Assembly: GCA_037927135.1 (NCBI GenBank)
Contig: JAXSPP010000001.1
Coordinates: forward strand, 96,001-160,000
Origin: Candidatus Pampinifervens sinense
GTDB lineage: Bacteria > Aquificota > Aquificia > Aquificales > Aquificaceae
Direction: 5' to 3'
Length of the DNA: 64,000 bases
Numbering within the stretch: position 1 is the first letter of the stretch; the number at the start of each line of letters is the position of its first letter. A program made the translations under genes and the position numbers. The notes under the pieces are model-generated. The model had not been told where the DNA came from and ran no database searches. It was given only the letters and a program-made list of their open reading frames with translations. Of the stretch, positions 47,636 to 55,669 are shown piece by piece.

Positions 47636-48853
47636 ATGAGAAGTCTGAAAGAGGCCATTGAGACCCTTCTGTCTTTCAAGCCAAACGATTATATGATCAC
47701 AAATCTTTACCTTAGGCTTGATGTAGAAGACAGAGAAAATAGAAAGTATCTTAAGAACTTTAAGGATCTTGTAAAGGTTCATAAAGAATACTTGGAAAGG
47801 CGAAACTTAAGGAAGGAAGTTCTAGAGTCAATAGAGGAGGATTTTAAAAAGATGGAAGAGTTCTTATCGGAACCTGATAATCTAAAGGGTTGTAGAGGTA
47901 TAGCTATATTTTCATCTTCCGCAAGGGGTATATTTGAGGTGATAAAACTACCTTATGTATACAGAAACAGGTTAATGCTTTCTCACGATCCACTTTTGAG
48001 AGAAATAGCTTCTATAGATGAGGAGTTGGGAAGAGTAGGTATACTTCTGGTGGATAGAAAACATGTTAGGTTCTTCCTTATGGATCTTGAGGGTTTGGTG
48101 GAGGTAGTTGATTTTGTTGAGCCTATAGCCACAAGAGCTCATAAGTTTCACTCTGGTGGTGGCCTTTTGAAAGGAGCGGAAGGTATGATGAGGTTCTCTA
48201 TGCCTCAGAGGATAGGTGGTCCAAATATGGTACAGCATTCCTTTGGTGAGTATAGGTTTCATATGAGGATAAGAGAGGAAAAGCATAGGCTTTTTAAAAT
48301 AGCATGCGATGCTCTCATGGAAGCGTGGAAAGAAAGCAAATTTGACAAATTGGTAATAGGTTCAGACAGGGAGGATATAGAGGAGATAGAAAACCATCTT
48401 CACACATACCTAAAGGAAAGGCTTATTGGCTACATAAGGGTCAATCCATCTTATGTAGAGGAAAATGATTTGAGAGAGAAGGTCTTTGACCTTCTTATTC
48501 AAAAAAGCAGGGAGGAAGAAAGGGAGTTGATAAAGGAGCTTGAAGAGCTTCAGGGAAAAGGTTTAGCAGTCAATGGAACTTCAAAGGTAGTAGAACAGCT
48601 ATATATGGGCAATGTTAGGGTATTACTTGTACCAGAAGATTTTCATAAACCTGGTTATGTATGTGAAAATTCTCATCTACCACTCCTTACTTCAAACTGT
48701 CCTACCGATGAAAAGGTTTATGAGGTACCGGATGTGGTAGAAGAGATTATTGAGATGGCTCTAGAAGAGAGGGCAAGGGTAAAGGTGCTCTTTTTAGAGG
48801 AAACTAAGAGGAAGATAGATGGACTTGCTTGTCTCATGCGGTTCGCTCTATGA
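47636..48853 (+). CDS. Bacterial aRF1/eRF1-like (baeRF) protein
   Basis: ITNLYL, GIAIFSS, RNaseH-like GILLVDR, L7Ae-like C domain GLAVNG..V...L..G.V, terminal GLACLMRF. Confidence 0.75.
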   Translation: MRSLKEAIETLLSFKPNDYMITNLYLRLDVEDRENRKYLKNFKDLVKVHKEYLERRNLRKEVLESIEEDFKKMEEFLSEPDNLKGCRGIAIFSSSARGIFEVIKLPYVYRNRLMLSHDPLLREIASIDEELGRVGILLVDRKHVRFFLMDLEGLVEVVDFVEPIATRAHKFHSGGGLLKGAEGMMRFSMPQRIGGPNMVQHSFGEYRFHMRIREEKHRLFKIACDALMEAWKESKFDKLVIGSDREDIEEIENHLHTYLKERLIGYIRVNPSYVEENDLREKVFDLLIQKSREEERELIKELEELQGKGLAVNGTSKVVEQLYMGNVRVLLVPEDFHKPGYVCENSHLPLLTSNCPTDEKVYEVPDVVEEIIEMALEERARVKVLFLEETKRKIDGLACLMRFAL

Positions 48854-49446
48854 GCTATGAGAGGGTAGTGATTTTTATTGATGGGTCTAACCTTTTTCAT
48901 GCTATAAGGTATTTGAATGTAAGGATAGATTATCAAAAGCTTATTGCCTTTTTGGCAGAGGACAGAAAGCTCATAAGGGCTTACTTTTATGGAGCTGTTC
49001 CACAGGAAAAGGATCTGAAGAAGAACTCTCCTGAATGGGAAAGTTATCTAAGGCAGAGAAGGTTCCTTGAAGAACTTTCGCTCCAGGGTATAAAGGTAAA
49101 GTTGGCAAAATTGAGGAGGCTTCCTTCTGGTGAGTATGTAGAAAAGGAAGTGGATATCATGCTTGCCACAGATATGTTAAGCATGGCCTATATGAATGTT
49201 TTTGATACGGCTGTGCTTGTGAGCGGAGATAGCGACTTTTCTTACACTGTGGAGGAGGTGCAGAGGATAGGTAAAAGGGTTGAGAATGCTTCTTTTAAAA
49301 GGACAAGTTCTTACCATCTTAGGAAGGTGTGCGATAGGTTTGTGCTTTTGGATGATTATTTGGATAGGTTTGTGATAGAAGAGAGGCTGGAAATTACACA
49401 GGAGGTTAGCTTTTGGGAAAAGATAAAAAGGCTATGGAAAAGGTAA
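48850..49446 (+). CDS. NYN-domain (LabA/DUF88, PIN-like) ribonuclease
   Basis: IFIDGSNL, EKEVD..LA.D, LVSGDSDF; ATGA overlap with the baeRF stop. Confidence 0.88.
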   Translation: MSYERVVIFIDGSNLFHAIRYLNVRIDYQKLIAFLAEDRKLIRAYFYGAVPQEKDLKKNSPEWESYLRQRRFLEELSLQGIKVKLAKLRRLPSGEYVEKEVDIMLATDMLSMAYMNVFDTAVLVSGDSDFSYTVEEVQRIGKRVENASFKRTSSYHLRKVCDRFVLLDDYLDRFVIEERLEITQEVSFWEKIKRLWKR

Positions 49447-50378
49447 AATCCTTAAGGACAAGCAGGAGTGGATGTATAAAGGGTTTAGTTTGTATAGAAG
49501 GTGAGGAGAGCGATACGGTTATCACCGTAGGCAACTTTGATGGGGTTCATCTTGGACATAGATCCCTATTAAATAGGGTTAAAAAGATAGCTGAAGAGAA
49601 GGGTCTAAAAAGTGTAGTTCTTTCCTTTTATCCACATCCCATTAAGGTACTTAGTCCTTCTCAAGCTCCCTGCGAGCTTACAAACCTTTATGAGAAGGCA
49701 GAGCTTATACTTCAAGAGGGTATTGAAAGCGTAGTCTTTATAAAGTTTGACAAAAGCTTTGCTACTCTTAGTGCAGAGGATTTTATAAGGGAGGTTATAG
49801 TTCAAAGGCTAAAATGTAAACACCTTGTAGTAGGATACGATTGGAGGTTTGGCTACAGACGTGAGGGGGAAATAGAGCTGGCAAGGGAGATGGGAAGGGA
49901 GCTAGGCTTTGAGGTGGAGGAGGTACAGCCTTTTAGAATCAACGGCCATATAGTGAGTAGCACATTGATAAGAAGGCTTTTACATATGGGTAGGCTTGAA
50001 GAGGCCTCTTTGTATCTTGGGAGAAATTACTCAATAAGGAGGCGTGTGGTAAAAGGAGATGGGAGAGGTTCTTCTCTTGGCTTTCCCACAGCAAACCTTG
50101 AAAACACGGAAGATCTTTGCCTAAAGGAAGGTGTTTATGTGGTAAAAGTGGAGGGGAATCTGTTAGGCGTGGCAAATTACGGTAGAAGGCCTACTTTTGA
50201 TGGCCACAGAAAGGTGCTTGAAGTGCATATACTTGATTTTGATGGAGACCTAAGAGGGAAGCATATAAAGGTGGAGTTTTTAAAGTTCTTAAGGGAGGAG
50301 AAGAAGTTTAGCTCGGTGGAAGAACTTGTAAAACAGATACAGGAAGATATATCAAGAGCTAGATTGTTCTTCCGTTAA
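49434..50378 (+). CDS. ribF: Riboflavin kinase/FAD synthetase
   Basis: GNFDGVHLGH, VSST.IR, GFPTAN, RPTF, LEVH, LREEKKF; start uncertain. Confidence 0.93.
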   Translation: MEKVKSLRTSRSGCIKGLVCIEGEESDTVITVGNFDGVHLGHRSLLNRVKKIAEEKGLKSVVLSFYPHPIKVLSPSQAPCELTNLYEKAELILQEGIESVVFIKFDKSFATLSAEDFIREVIVQRLKCKHLVVGYDWRFGYRREGEIELAREMGRELGFEVEEVQPFRINGHIVSSTLIRRLLHMGRLEEASLYLGRNYSIRRRVVKGDGRGSSLGFPTANLENTEDLCLKEGVYVVKVEGNLLGVANYGRRPTFDGHRKVLEVHILDFDGDLRGKHIKVEFLKFLREEKKFSSVEELVKQIQEDISRARLFFR

Positions 50379-50636
50379 GTATCCTATGTAAAGAACTTTT
50401 CCGTCTTCCGAAAGTCCAAAGGCCTTTTCCATCTTGTCCTTCAAACCCTTCTTATTCTCCAGAAAATCCTTCAAGGTTTTTGGTTCTCCATGGGCTCTTA
50501 GCATATACTCCCTTACCTCTCCATTGTCAAAGTAGATTTTTACAGGGAGGCAATAAAACTTGGCATTTTCTCCATCATGGCACCTATTTATCTCTCCGAT
50601 CACCTCAATACTCACACTCCTTGCTACAATTCTCAT
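50352..50636 (-). CDS. Hypothetical protein
   Basis: 94-aa ORF with TAAAAT 7 nt before the ATG. Confidence 0.6.
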   Translation of the reverse strand: MRIVARSVSIEVIGEINRCHDGENAKFYCLPVKIYFDNGEVREYMLRAHGEPKTLKDFLENKKGLKDKMEKAFGLSEDGKVLYIGYLTEEQSSS

Positions 50637-50646
50637 AGCTTATATT

Positions 50647-52215
50647 TTAACTCATCCCTAGCTCTTTAAGTTTCCTCCACAATGTGGTCCTATGGATGCC
50701 TAACATTCTAGCCGCTAAGCTTTTGTTTCCACCGGCCTCTTCAAGGGCCTTTTTAATCTTCTCCCTTTCATCTACCACGTTCACAGAAAGGCTTTCCACC
50801 TCAATCTGAAGGTCTTCGGGTTTTATAAGGGCACCTCTACAGGTTATGACCGCATGTTCTATAATGTTTTCAAGCTCCCTTACATTTCCAGGGAAGCTAT
50901 GGGAGAGGAGGATCTTCATAGCTTCTGAGGTAATACCCCTTATTCCTCTTGAGTATTTCCTTGAGTATTTTTCTATAAAATGGCTTACAAGGGGAGGAAT
51001 GTCTTCTTTTCTTTCTCTTAATGGTGGGATATGGAGCTTTACAACGCTAAGTCTATAGTATAGGTCCTCCCTGAACAAACCTTGTTTTATAAGGTCTTTT
51101 AAATTTTTGTTTGTGGAGGCTATGATACGAACGTTAGCCCTTCTAGTCCTTGTATCTCCAAGCCTTTCAAACTCCTTTTCCTGAACCAAATGTAGTATTT
51201 TTGCCTGCAGGTGCAAAGGCATATCCCCTATCTCGTCCAGAAATAGCGTTCCTCCTTCCGCCAGCTCCACCTTTCCCGGTTTATCCCTCATGGCACCGGT
51301 GAAGGCACCTTTGACATAACCAAAAAGCTCTGCCTCCAATAGGCTCTCAGGTATGGCTGCACAGTTCACCTTTACAAAGGGACCATCCCTCCTCGGAGAA
51401 AGGTAATGTATATACTTGGCAAGGAGGCTTTTCCCTGTGCCAGTCTCACCCTCTATAAGCACGTTAACATCGTACTCGGCAACCACCTTTGCCGTATCTA
51501 AAACCTTTTGGAAATTGGGGTTTCTAGTTATTATCTTTTCTTCGCTTTCAAACTCGCATATATCTATATCTTTTACAACGTAAAGAGAAACTACATAGCC
51601 AAATCCAGAGGTCATAGGAGAGACAAGGAGGGAAGCCTTTTGTCTTCCACAAGGAGTTTCCACAAAAATGTCTGCCCTTTCCCCTTCTGGAGGAAGATCC
51701 TCCAAGGAAAGGTTTATAAGGTCCTGTATATGCCTACCCACCAAGACCTCATCCTCCTCTCTGCATAGCATCCTACTTGCCACTTTGTTATGCTCCACCA
51801 CCTTCCCTTCTGGGTCAAGCACAAGTATGGCTTCCACTATGGAGTTTAGTATGGTCTCCTTGTAGGTCCTTTGGCGCTCCGCTTCCACTATACAATGAAC
51901 CACATTGCTAACATCCTTAAAAACCTCTATTACACCCACAAACTCACCCTCTTCATAGAGGGGAGACATACTCCAACATACATGCTTAGAGTTCCTTAGA
52001 GTGGTGTCATAGACCTGGACTCCTTCCCTTTCCTCTTTCACATACTCAAAGGGACAATGTTCACATATAGAGAATAGCCCTCTACAGCTTTTCCCTTCTA
52101 AAGCTTCTCCCAGAAGCTCCTTCGCAGATCTATTAGCATAAACAACTTTAAAATCTTTGTCTATGATCAAGACACCATCAAAGAGACTTTCAAAAGGGAG
52201 GAAGTTTAACTTCAC
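50647..52215 (-). CDS. PAS-domain sigma54-dependent activator
   Basis: Two PAS-like domains (Cys-rich), [21 protein letters not shown], Fis HTH. Confidence 0.9.
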   Translation of the reverse strand: MKLNFLPFESLFDGVLIIDKDFKVVYANRSAKELLGEALEGKSCRGLFSICEHCPFEYVKEEREGVQVYDTTLRNSKHVCWSMSPLYEEGEFVGVIEVFKDVSNVVHCIVEAERQRTYKETILNSIVEAILVLDPEGKVVEHNKVASRMLCREEDEVLVGRHIQDLINLSLEDLPPEGERADIFVETPCGRQKASLLVSPMTSGFGYVVSLYVVKDIDICEFESEEKIITRNPNFQKVLDTAKVVAEYDVNVLIEGETGTGKSLLAKYIHYLSPRRDGPFVKVNCAAIPESLLEAELFGYVKGAFTGAMRDKPGKVELAEGGTLFLDEIGDMPLHLQAKILHLVQEKEFERLGDTRTRRANVRIIASTNKNLKDLIKQGLFREDLYYRLSVVKLHIPPLRERKEDIPPLVSHFIEKYSRKYSRGIRGITSEAMKILLSHSFPGNVRELENIIEHAVITCRGALIKPEDLQIEVESLSVNVVDEREKIKKALEEAGGNKSLAARMLGIHRTTLWRKLKELGMS

Positions 52216-52463
52216 TCCTTTTTACCGTAGTGCTTATAGAGATACTCCACAATGGGTCCTATATCCTCCTGTTTTATAGGGGCTCCAAAGACCTTTATCA
52301 TCTTATTTACGCTCGCTTCCCACCCCTTTTTATCAAGGAAAGGTGAGTTCATCTGGATGTAGTCAAGACTGTGGCAGACTGAGCAGTTGGCTTCAACCAG
52401 CTCTTTACCTACAGCTACAAACCCCCCTAAACCACTTTTAATAAGATCCCTTCTACTTAGCAT
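52212..52463 (-). pseudogene. Chimeric ORF: Tat signal fragment fused to a SorB-like cytochrome c
   Basis: MLSRRDLIK twin-arginine motif with a truncated h-region joined directly to GKELVEANCSVCHSLDYIQMN..W...V.KM...GAP. Confidence 0.55.
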
Positions 52464-52564
52464 TTCTTAACCTCCCTCTAAATATACACAGGTTTAATCA
52501 TAGATTCAGGTTTTAGGCTTTTGCAATAAAAAAATATTATCTAATCCATAAGCCTACCTTATAA

Positions 52565-52951
52565 TCATACACTCCAATCCGTTGGCACTCTAGACATCAT
52601 ACGTAGGCTTTCTTCAAAGGCAGACATATACTTCATGGCTGTTATCATAGACCCCTTAAACTTTAACCTTTTGGTTAGCATGGCGGCGCGTGGCCCCATT
52701 TCTCCAGTGGCAAGCCTTTTCCAGTTTTCTAGGCTTGCCCAAAGTTCAAAGTCATATTTATGAGAGTTGGCCCTTCCTGCAGACTTGGCTATGCCTTTAT
52801 CCACGATTAGCTCCACCGCATCTTCTTCCCTTCCTTCCACATAGTACTTTATGCTGGCGGAAAAGTCTTTGAGCTCTGATTTCAATTTTTCGTTTTTGTT
52901 CCACTCTTCCGCATAGGCCTTTATCCATTCTTCAGAAAGGAATCTGTACAT
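52565..52951 (-). CDS. SCP2 sterol/lipid-binding domain protein
   Basis: FLSEEWI, W..L..G...P..A....LK.KG.M pattern. Confidence 0.75.
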   Translation of the reverse strand: MYRFLSEEWIKAYAEEWNKNEKLKSELKDFSASIKYYVEGREEDAVELIVDKGIAKSAGRANSHKYDFELWASLENWKRLATGEMGPRAAMLTKRLKFKGSMITAMKYMSAFEESLRMMSRVPTDWSV

Positions 52952-52976
52952 GATAAGCCTCCCTATAAAAAGTAAG

Positions 52977-52999
52977 AGGGGAGGCTCAGGACCTCCCCT
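52977..52999 (-). terminator. GC-rich hairpin, possible terminator or mRNA stabiliser
   Basis: AGGGGAGG/CCTCCCCT 8-bp stem with a 7-nt loop, followed on the minus strand by CTTACTTTTT. Confidence 0.5.
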
Positions 53000-53005
53000 T
53001 TGCCC

Positions 53006-53341
53006 TTACTTCCCAGCCTCCTCCCTCAAAGCCTTAAATATCTCGTTAAAAGACACCTCATCGTTGTTTACAAAAACACCCACATTGCCCACTACACATA
53101 CGGAGTATTTGGGACCAGTAACAGCCCATCCTATGAGGGGTGTCCACTCTTGACCAGAAAAGGCTGTATACCCATCGCATTCCATCCTTGCCATCATGTT
53201 GTTTGCTGCACACATCATGGCAGCCATGGCTGCATGCTCTTCAGAAAGCGGACCTTTGTAAGCTACAAGCTTTCCATCATCGGTAAATTCACCCGCAGCC
53301 CAAACGCCTTTAATTTGCATTAGCCTGTCAAGGTTTGCCAT
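53006..53341 (-). CDS. DUF2173 family protein (paralog 2)
   Basis: LM..KGV.AAGEF.DDGKL, A.MCAAN, GWAVTG..Y.VC..GN.GVFV; SD GGAGG. Confidence 0.7.
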   Translation of the reverse strand: MANLDRLMQIKGVWAAGEFTDDGKLVAYKGPLSEEHAAMAAMMCAANNMMARMECDGYTAFSGQEWTPLIGWAVTGPKYSVCVVGNVGVFVNNDEVSFNEIFKALREEAGK

Positions 53342-53356
53342 GGTTCTCACCTCCTT

Positions 53357-53698
53357 TTAGATGTATTTGGAAAGGATTTCAAAGGTTTTGTCAAAGTCTG
53401 CCTTATCAAGCTCTACAAAGACTCCTACATTGCCCATTATGCATGCAGCATACTTACCACCGGCTACAGCAAAGCCATACACGGGATAAAAGCCACCCTG
53501 CCCTGTGTAGGCACTCCAACCCTTTGCTTGCATGTTGGCCATAAGCTTATTAGCAGCACACATCAGGGCGGCTATCTCTGCCGCTTTTTCATCAATGTTG
53601 CCATAGTAAGCAAGGAGCCTCCCATCATCGGAAAACTCTCCCGCCGCAATAGCTCCCGGTATAGACATAAGCTCTTTTAGCTTGCTAAGTGTTGCCAT
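53357..53698 (-). CDS. DUF2173 family protein (paralog 1)
   Basis: Same motifs as the neighbouring paralog; SD GGAGG before ATG 53698. Confidence 0.7.
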   Translation of the reverse strand: MATLSKLKELMSIPGAIAAGEFSDDGRLLAYYGNIDEKAAEIAALMCAANKLMANMQAKGWSAYTGQGGFYPVYGFAVAGGKYAACIMGNVGVFVELDKADFDKTFEILSKYI

Positions 53699-53735
53699 GG
53701 TTGCACCTCCTTCAAAGGTTTTCACCCATTTATTT

Positions 53736-53751
53736 TGCAAAGAAGATGCCA
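53736..53751 (-). promoter_or_regulatory. Sigma54 (-24/-12) promoter
   Basis: Minus strand TGGCAT-CTTCT-TTGCA matches TGGCAC-N5-TTGC; 37 nt upstream of the DUF2173 ATG. Confidence 0.8.
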
Positions 53752-53812
53752 TTTTTACCTTTTTGAAAATGGCTTAAATCAAGGCTTTTAGTAGAGTAGA
53801 GGAAGATAAGAG

Positions 53813-53840
53813 TGTTTCATGTTGCAACAGTGTTGCAACG
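53813..53840. promoter_or_regulatory. Upstream activator sequence for a sigma54 activator
   Basis: TGTTTCA-TGT-TGCAACA overlapping tandem palindromes TGTTGCAACA and TGTTGCAACG, about 60-90 bp upstream of the -24 element. Confidence 0.65.
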
Positions 53841-53887
53841 CTTTAGGGTCTTGAAAGGCAAGGGAAAAGGAATAAACTTTTATCCTT

Positions 53888-54394
53888 ATGGTAAGGGAAA
53901 TAATAAAGTACCCACATCCCATACTTAAGGCGCCTACGCAAAAAGTGGATGTTATAGATAGGGAAGTAAGGGAGATAATAAGGGATATGTTTGAGACCAT
54001 GTATCATGCTGAAGGGGTGGGACTTGCCGCAAATCAGATAGGCATCAGCCTAAGGATCATGGTAATAGATACTTCCCCTAAGAAGGAAAGTCCACCTTTA
54101 AAGCTTGTCCTTATAAATCCAGAGGTTATAGAGAAGGAGGGAAGCATAAAGTATAAGGAAGGGTGTCTTTCTTTTCCAGGCCTTACGGTAGAGGTAGAAC
54201 GCTACAAAAGTGTAAAGGTTAAAGCTCTTAATGAACATGGGGAGGAGGTGTTTTACCATTTTGAAGGCTTTCCCGCCATAGTTTTCCAGCACGAGATGGA
54301 CCACCTTGAAGGGATCACCTTTATAGATAGGGTAAATGGGTTGAGAAGAAGGCTAGCCCTTGAAAAGTATGCTAAGCTTCAAAGGCAAAGGTGA
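53888..54394 (+). CDS. def: Peptide deformylase
   Basis: GVGLAANQIG, EGCLS, QHEMDHL. Confidence 0.96.
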   Translation: MVREIIKYPHPILKAPTQKVDVIDREVREIIRDMFETMYHAEGVGLAANQIGISLRIMVIDTSPKKESPPLKLVLINPEVIEKEGSIKYKEGCLSFPGLTVEVERYKSVKVKALNEHGEEVFYHFEGFPAIVFQHEMDHLEGITFIDRVNGLRRRLALEKYAKLQRQR

Positions 54395-54654
54395 AGGTAG
54401 AGCTGGTAAATTTTTACCCTTTTGAGTTCTCTACAAGAAGACCAAGGCTGCTGGCCTATGCGGATGTAAGGCTTGATGGCAAAATACTTATAAGGGGTAT
54501 AAGGCTATATGAAGCCAAAAACGGAGGGCTTTTTATAGTTATGCCTGAGTTTAGCCCAGAGAGTAGAAGGGCTATAGTGGAGATAGAGGATAGGGAGCTT
54601 TTGGAAAAGATAAGGAGGGTGGTGGTGGACCGTTATAAAGAGAGTCTTTCATGA
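54391..54654 (+). CDS. SpoVG-family nucleic-acid-binding protein
   Basis: LLAYADV.LD..I.IRGIRL.E.KNGGLFIVMP, I...V...Y. Confidence 0.7.
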   Translation: MKVELVNFYPFEFSTRRPRLLAYADVRLDGKILIRGIRLYEAKNGGLFIVMPEFSPESRRAIVEIEDRELLEKIRRVVVDRYKESLS

Positions 54655-54857
54655 CTAAGGAGGAAAAGCTTTCAAAAGCTAAAACTCTTCTATTAGAGCA
54701 TATGGATTACATAAAGAAAAACTTTAGTGTTTCAAACGTGGGAGTGGTCATTGTGGATGATGAAATAATCGTGGTAGTGGATGGGAAATTTGATCCTGAG
54801 GGTTTAAAAAGCTTAAAGGCTTATCTTGAAGAAGTTTTGAAGGAAGTAGAGGAATAA
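54651..54857 (+). CDS. Small hypothetical protein
   Basis: 68-aa ORF with ATGA overlap to the upstream gene. Confidence 0.55.
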   Translation: MTKEEKLSKAKTLLLEHMDYIKKNFSVSNVGVVIVDDEIIVVVDGKFDPEGLKSLKAYLEEVLKEVEE

Positions 54858-54914
54858 GAAATCAATCACTCTAACACAAGAGGCTCTAATATGCCCCCAT
54901 CTTTTTATCCATAA

Positions 54915-54942
54915 TGTTAATATAATTGCTATTATATTAACA
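54915..54942. other. dif-like tyrosine recombinase site (11-6-11)
   Basis: TGTTAATATAA-TTGCTA-TTATATTAACA; perfect inverted arms with the inner ATAA-N6-TTAT core. Confidence 0.7.
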
Positions 54943-54958
54943 CCTACTTCCCCTATCC

Positions 54959-55007
54959 TTTGACAGTCATTGACACTTAATAGTAGATGATATAAAATAC
55001 TGTCAAA
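54959..55007 (+). promoter_or_regulatory. Sigma70 promoter bracketed by an inverted operator
   Basis: TTGACA (54970-54975)-N17-TAAAAT (54993-54998), flanked by TTTGACAGT (54959-54967) and ACTGTCAAA (54999-55007). Confidence 0.65.
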
Positions 55008-55026
55008 AGCTTGAAAGGAGGCTATC

Positions 55027-55659
55027 ATGGAAAGTGGCAAAAATGTTGTCAAAGTGAAGGCATCCGAGTACGCTATGCTAACAGACCTATCTCTAAACAC
55101 GGTTAAGAACCGTATAAGGGCCGGTGTGCTAAAGGGTGGTAAGGAGGAAGACGGTATATGGTATGTTTATCTCACTCAGGAAGAATTGGACCACCTAAGA
55201 AATCTAAAGGAGGCTCAAGAGGAAAAGGATAAAAAGCTACAGTCAAACCTTGAGGGTCTCAAATCTACCTTGGAAGGAAGCCTTATCGCTACCTACATGT
55301 CTGCACTTATGCAAAAGGAACAACAAAAGGAACAGCTCCTGCATGAGCTTTCCAGTCTTTACACTCTGCTTGCTATAAGAGAAAAGGAGATGGAGTTCCT
55401 TGTAAAGGAGTTAGCAAACGTAAAGGAAAAGTGTTTAGAAAAAGAAAGAGAGTGCGAAAAATTAAAAGAAAGCCTTGGTGAAAAAGAAAAGAGGATAAGG
55501 GAGCTTGAAGAAGCCCTAAGGGAAAAGGACTATATACTTAACCAAAAAGAGCTTGAAATTCAAAGGGTTATACTGGATAAGGACAAGGAGCTTTTGAGTA
55601 AAGAGATGGAATTATCAGCTCTTAGGATGGAGTTAGAGAAAAGGAAGAAGAAGGAATAA
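55027..55659 (+). CDS. HTH (excisionase/MerR-like) plus long coiled-coil protein
   Basis: SEYA.L..LS..TV..RIR.G.L...K..GIWYV winged HTH, then ~150 aa coiled coil; SD AAGGAGG. Confidence 0.7.
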   Translation: MESGKNVVKVKASEYAMLTDLSLNTVKNRIRAGVLKGGKEEDGIWYVYLTQEELDHLRNLKEAQEEKDKKLQSNLEGLKSTLEGSLIATYMSALMQKEQQKEQLLHELSSLYTLLAIREKEMEFLVKELANVKEKCLEKERECEKLKESLGEKEKRIRELEEALREKDYILNQKELEIQRVILDKDKELLSKEMELSALRMELEKRKKKE

Positions 55660-55669
55660 AATTTTAAGT

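Noticed and set aside
54905-54913. DnaA-box-like TTATCCATA next to the palindrome (possible oriC)
   Set aside because: A single one-mismatch box in AT-rich DNA, with no box cluster
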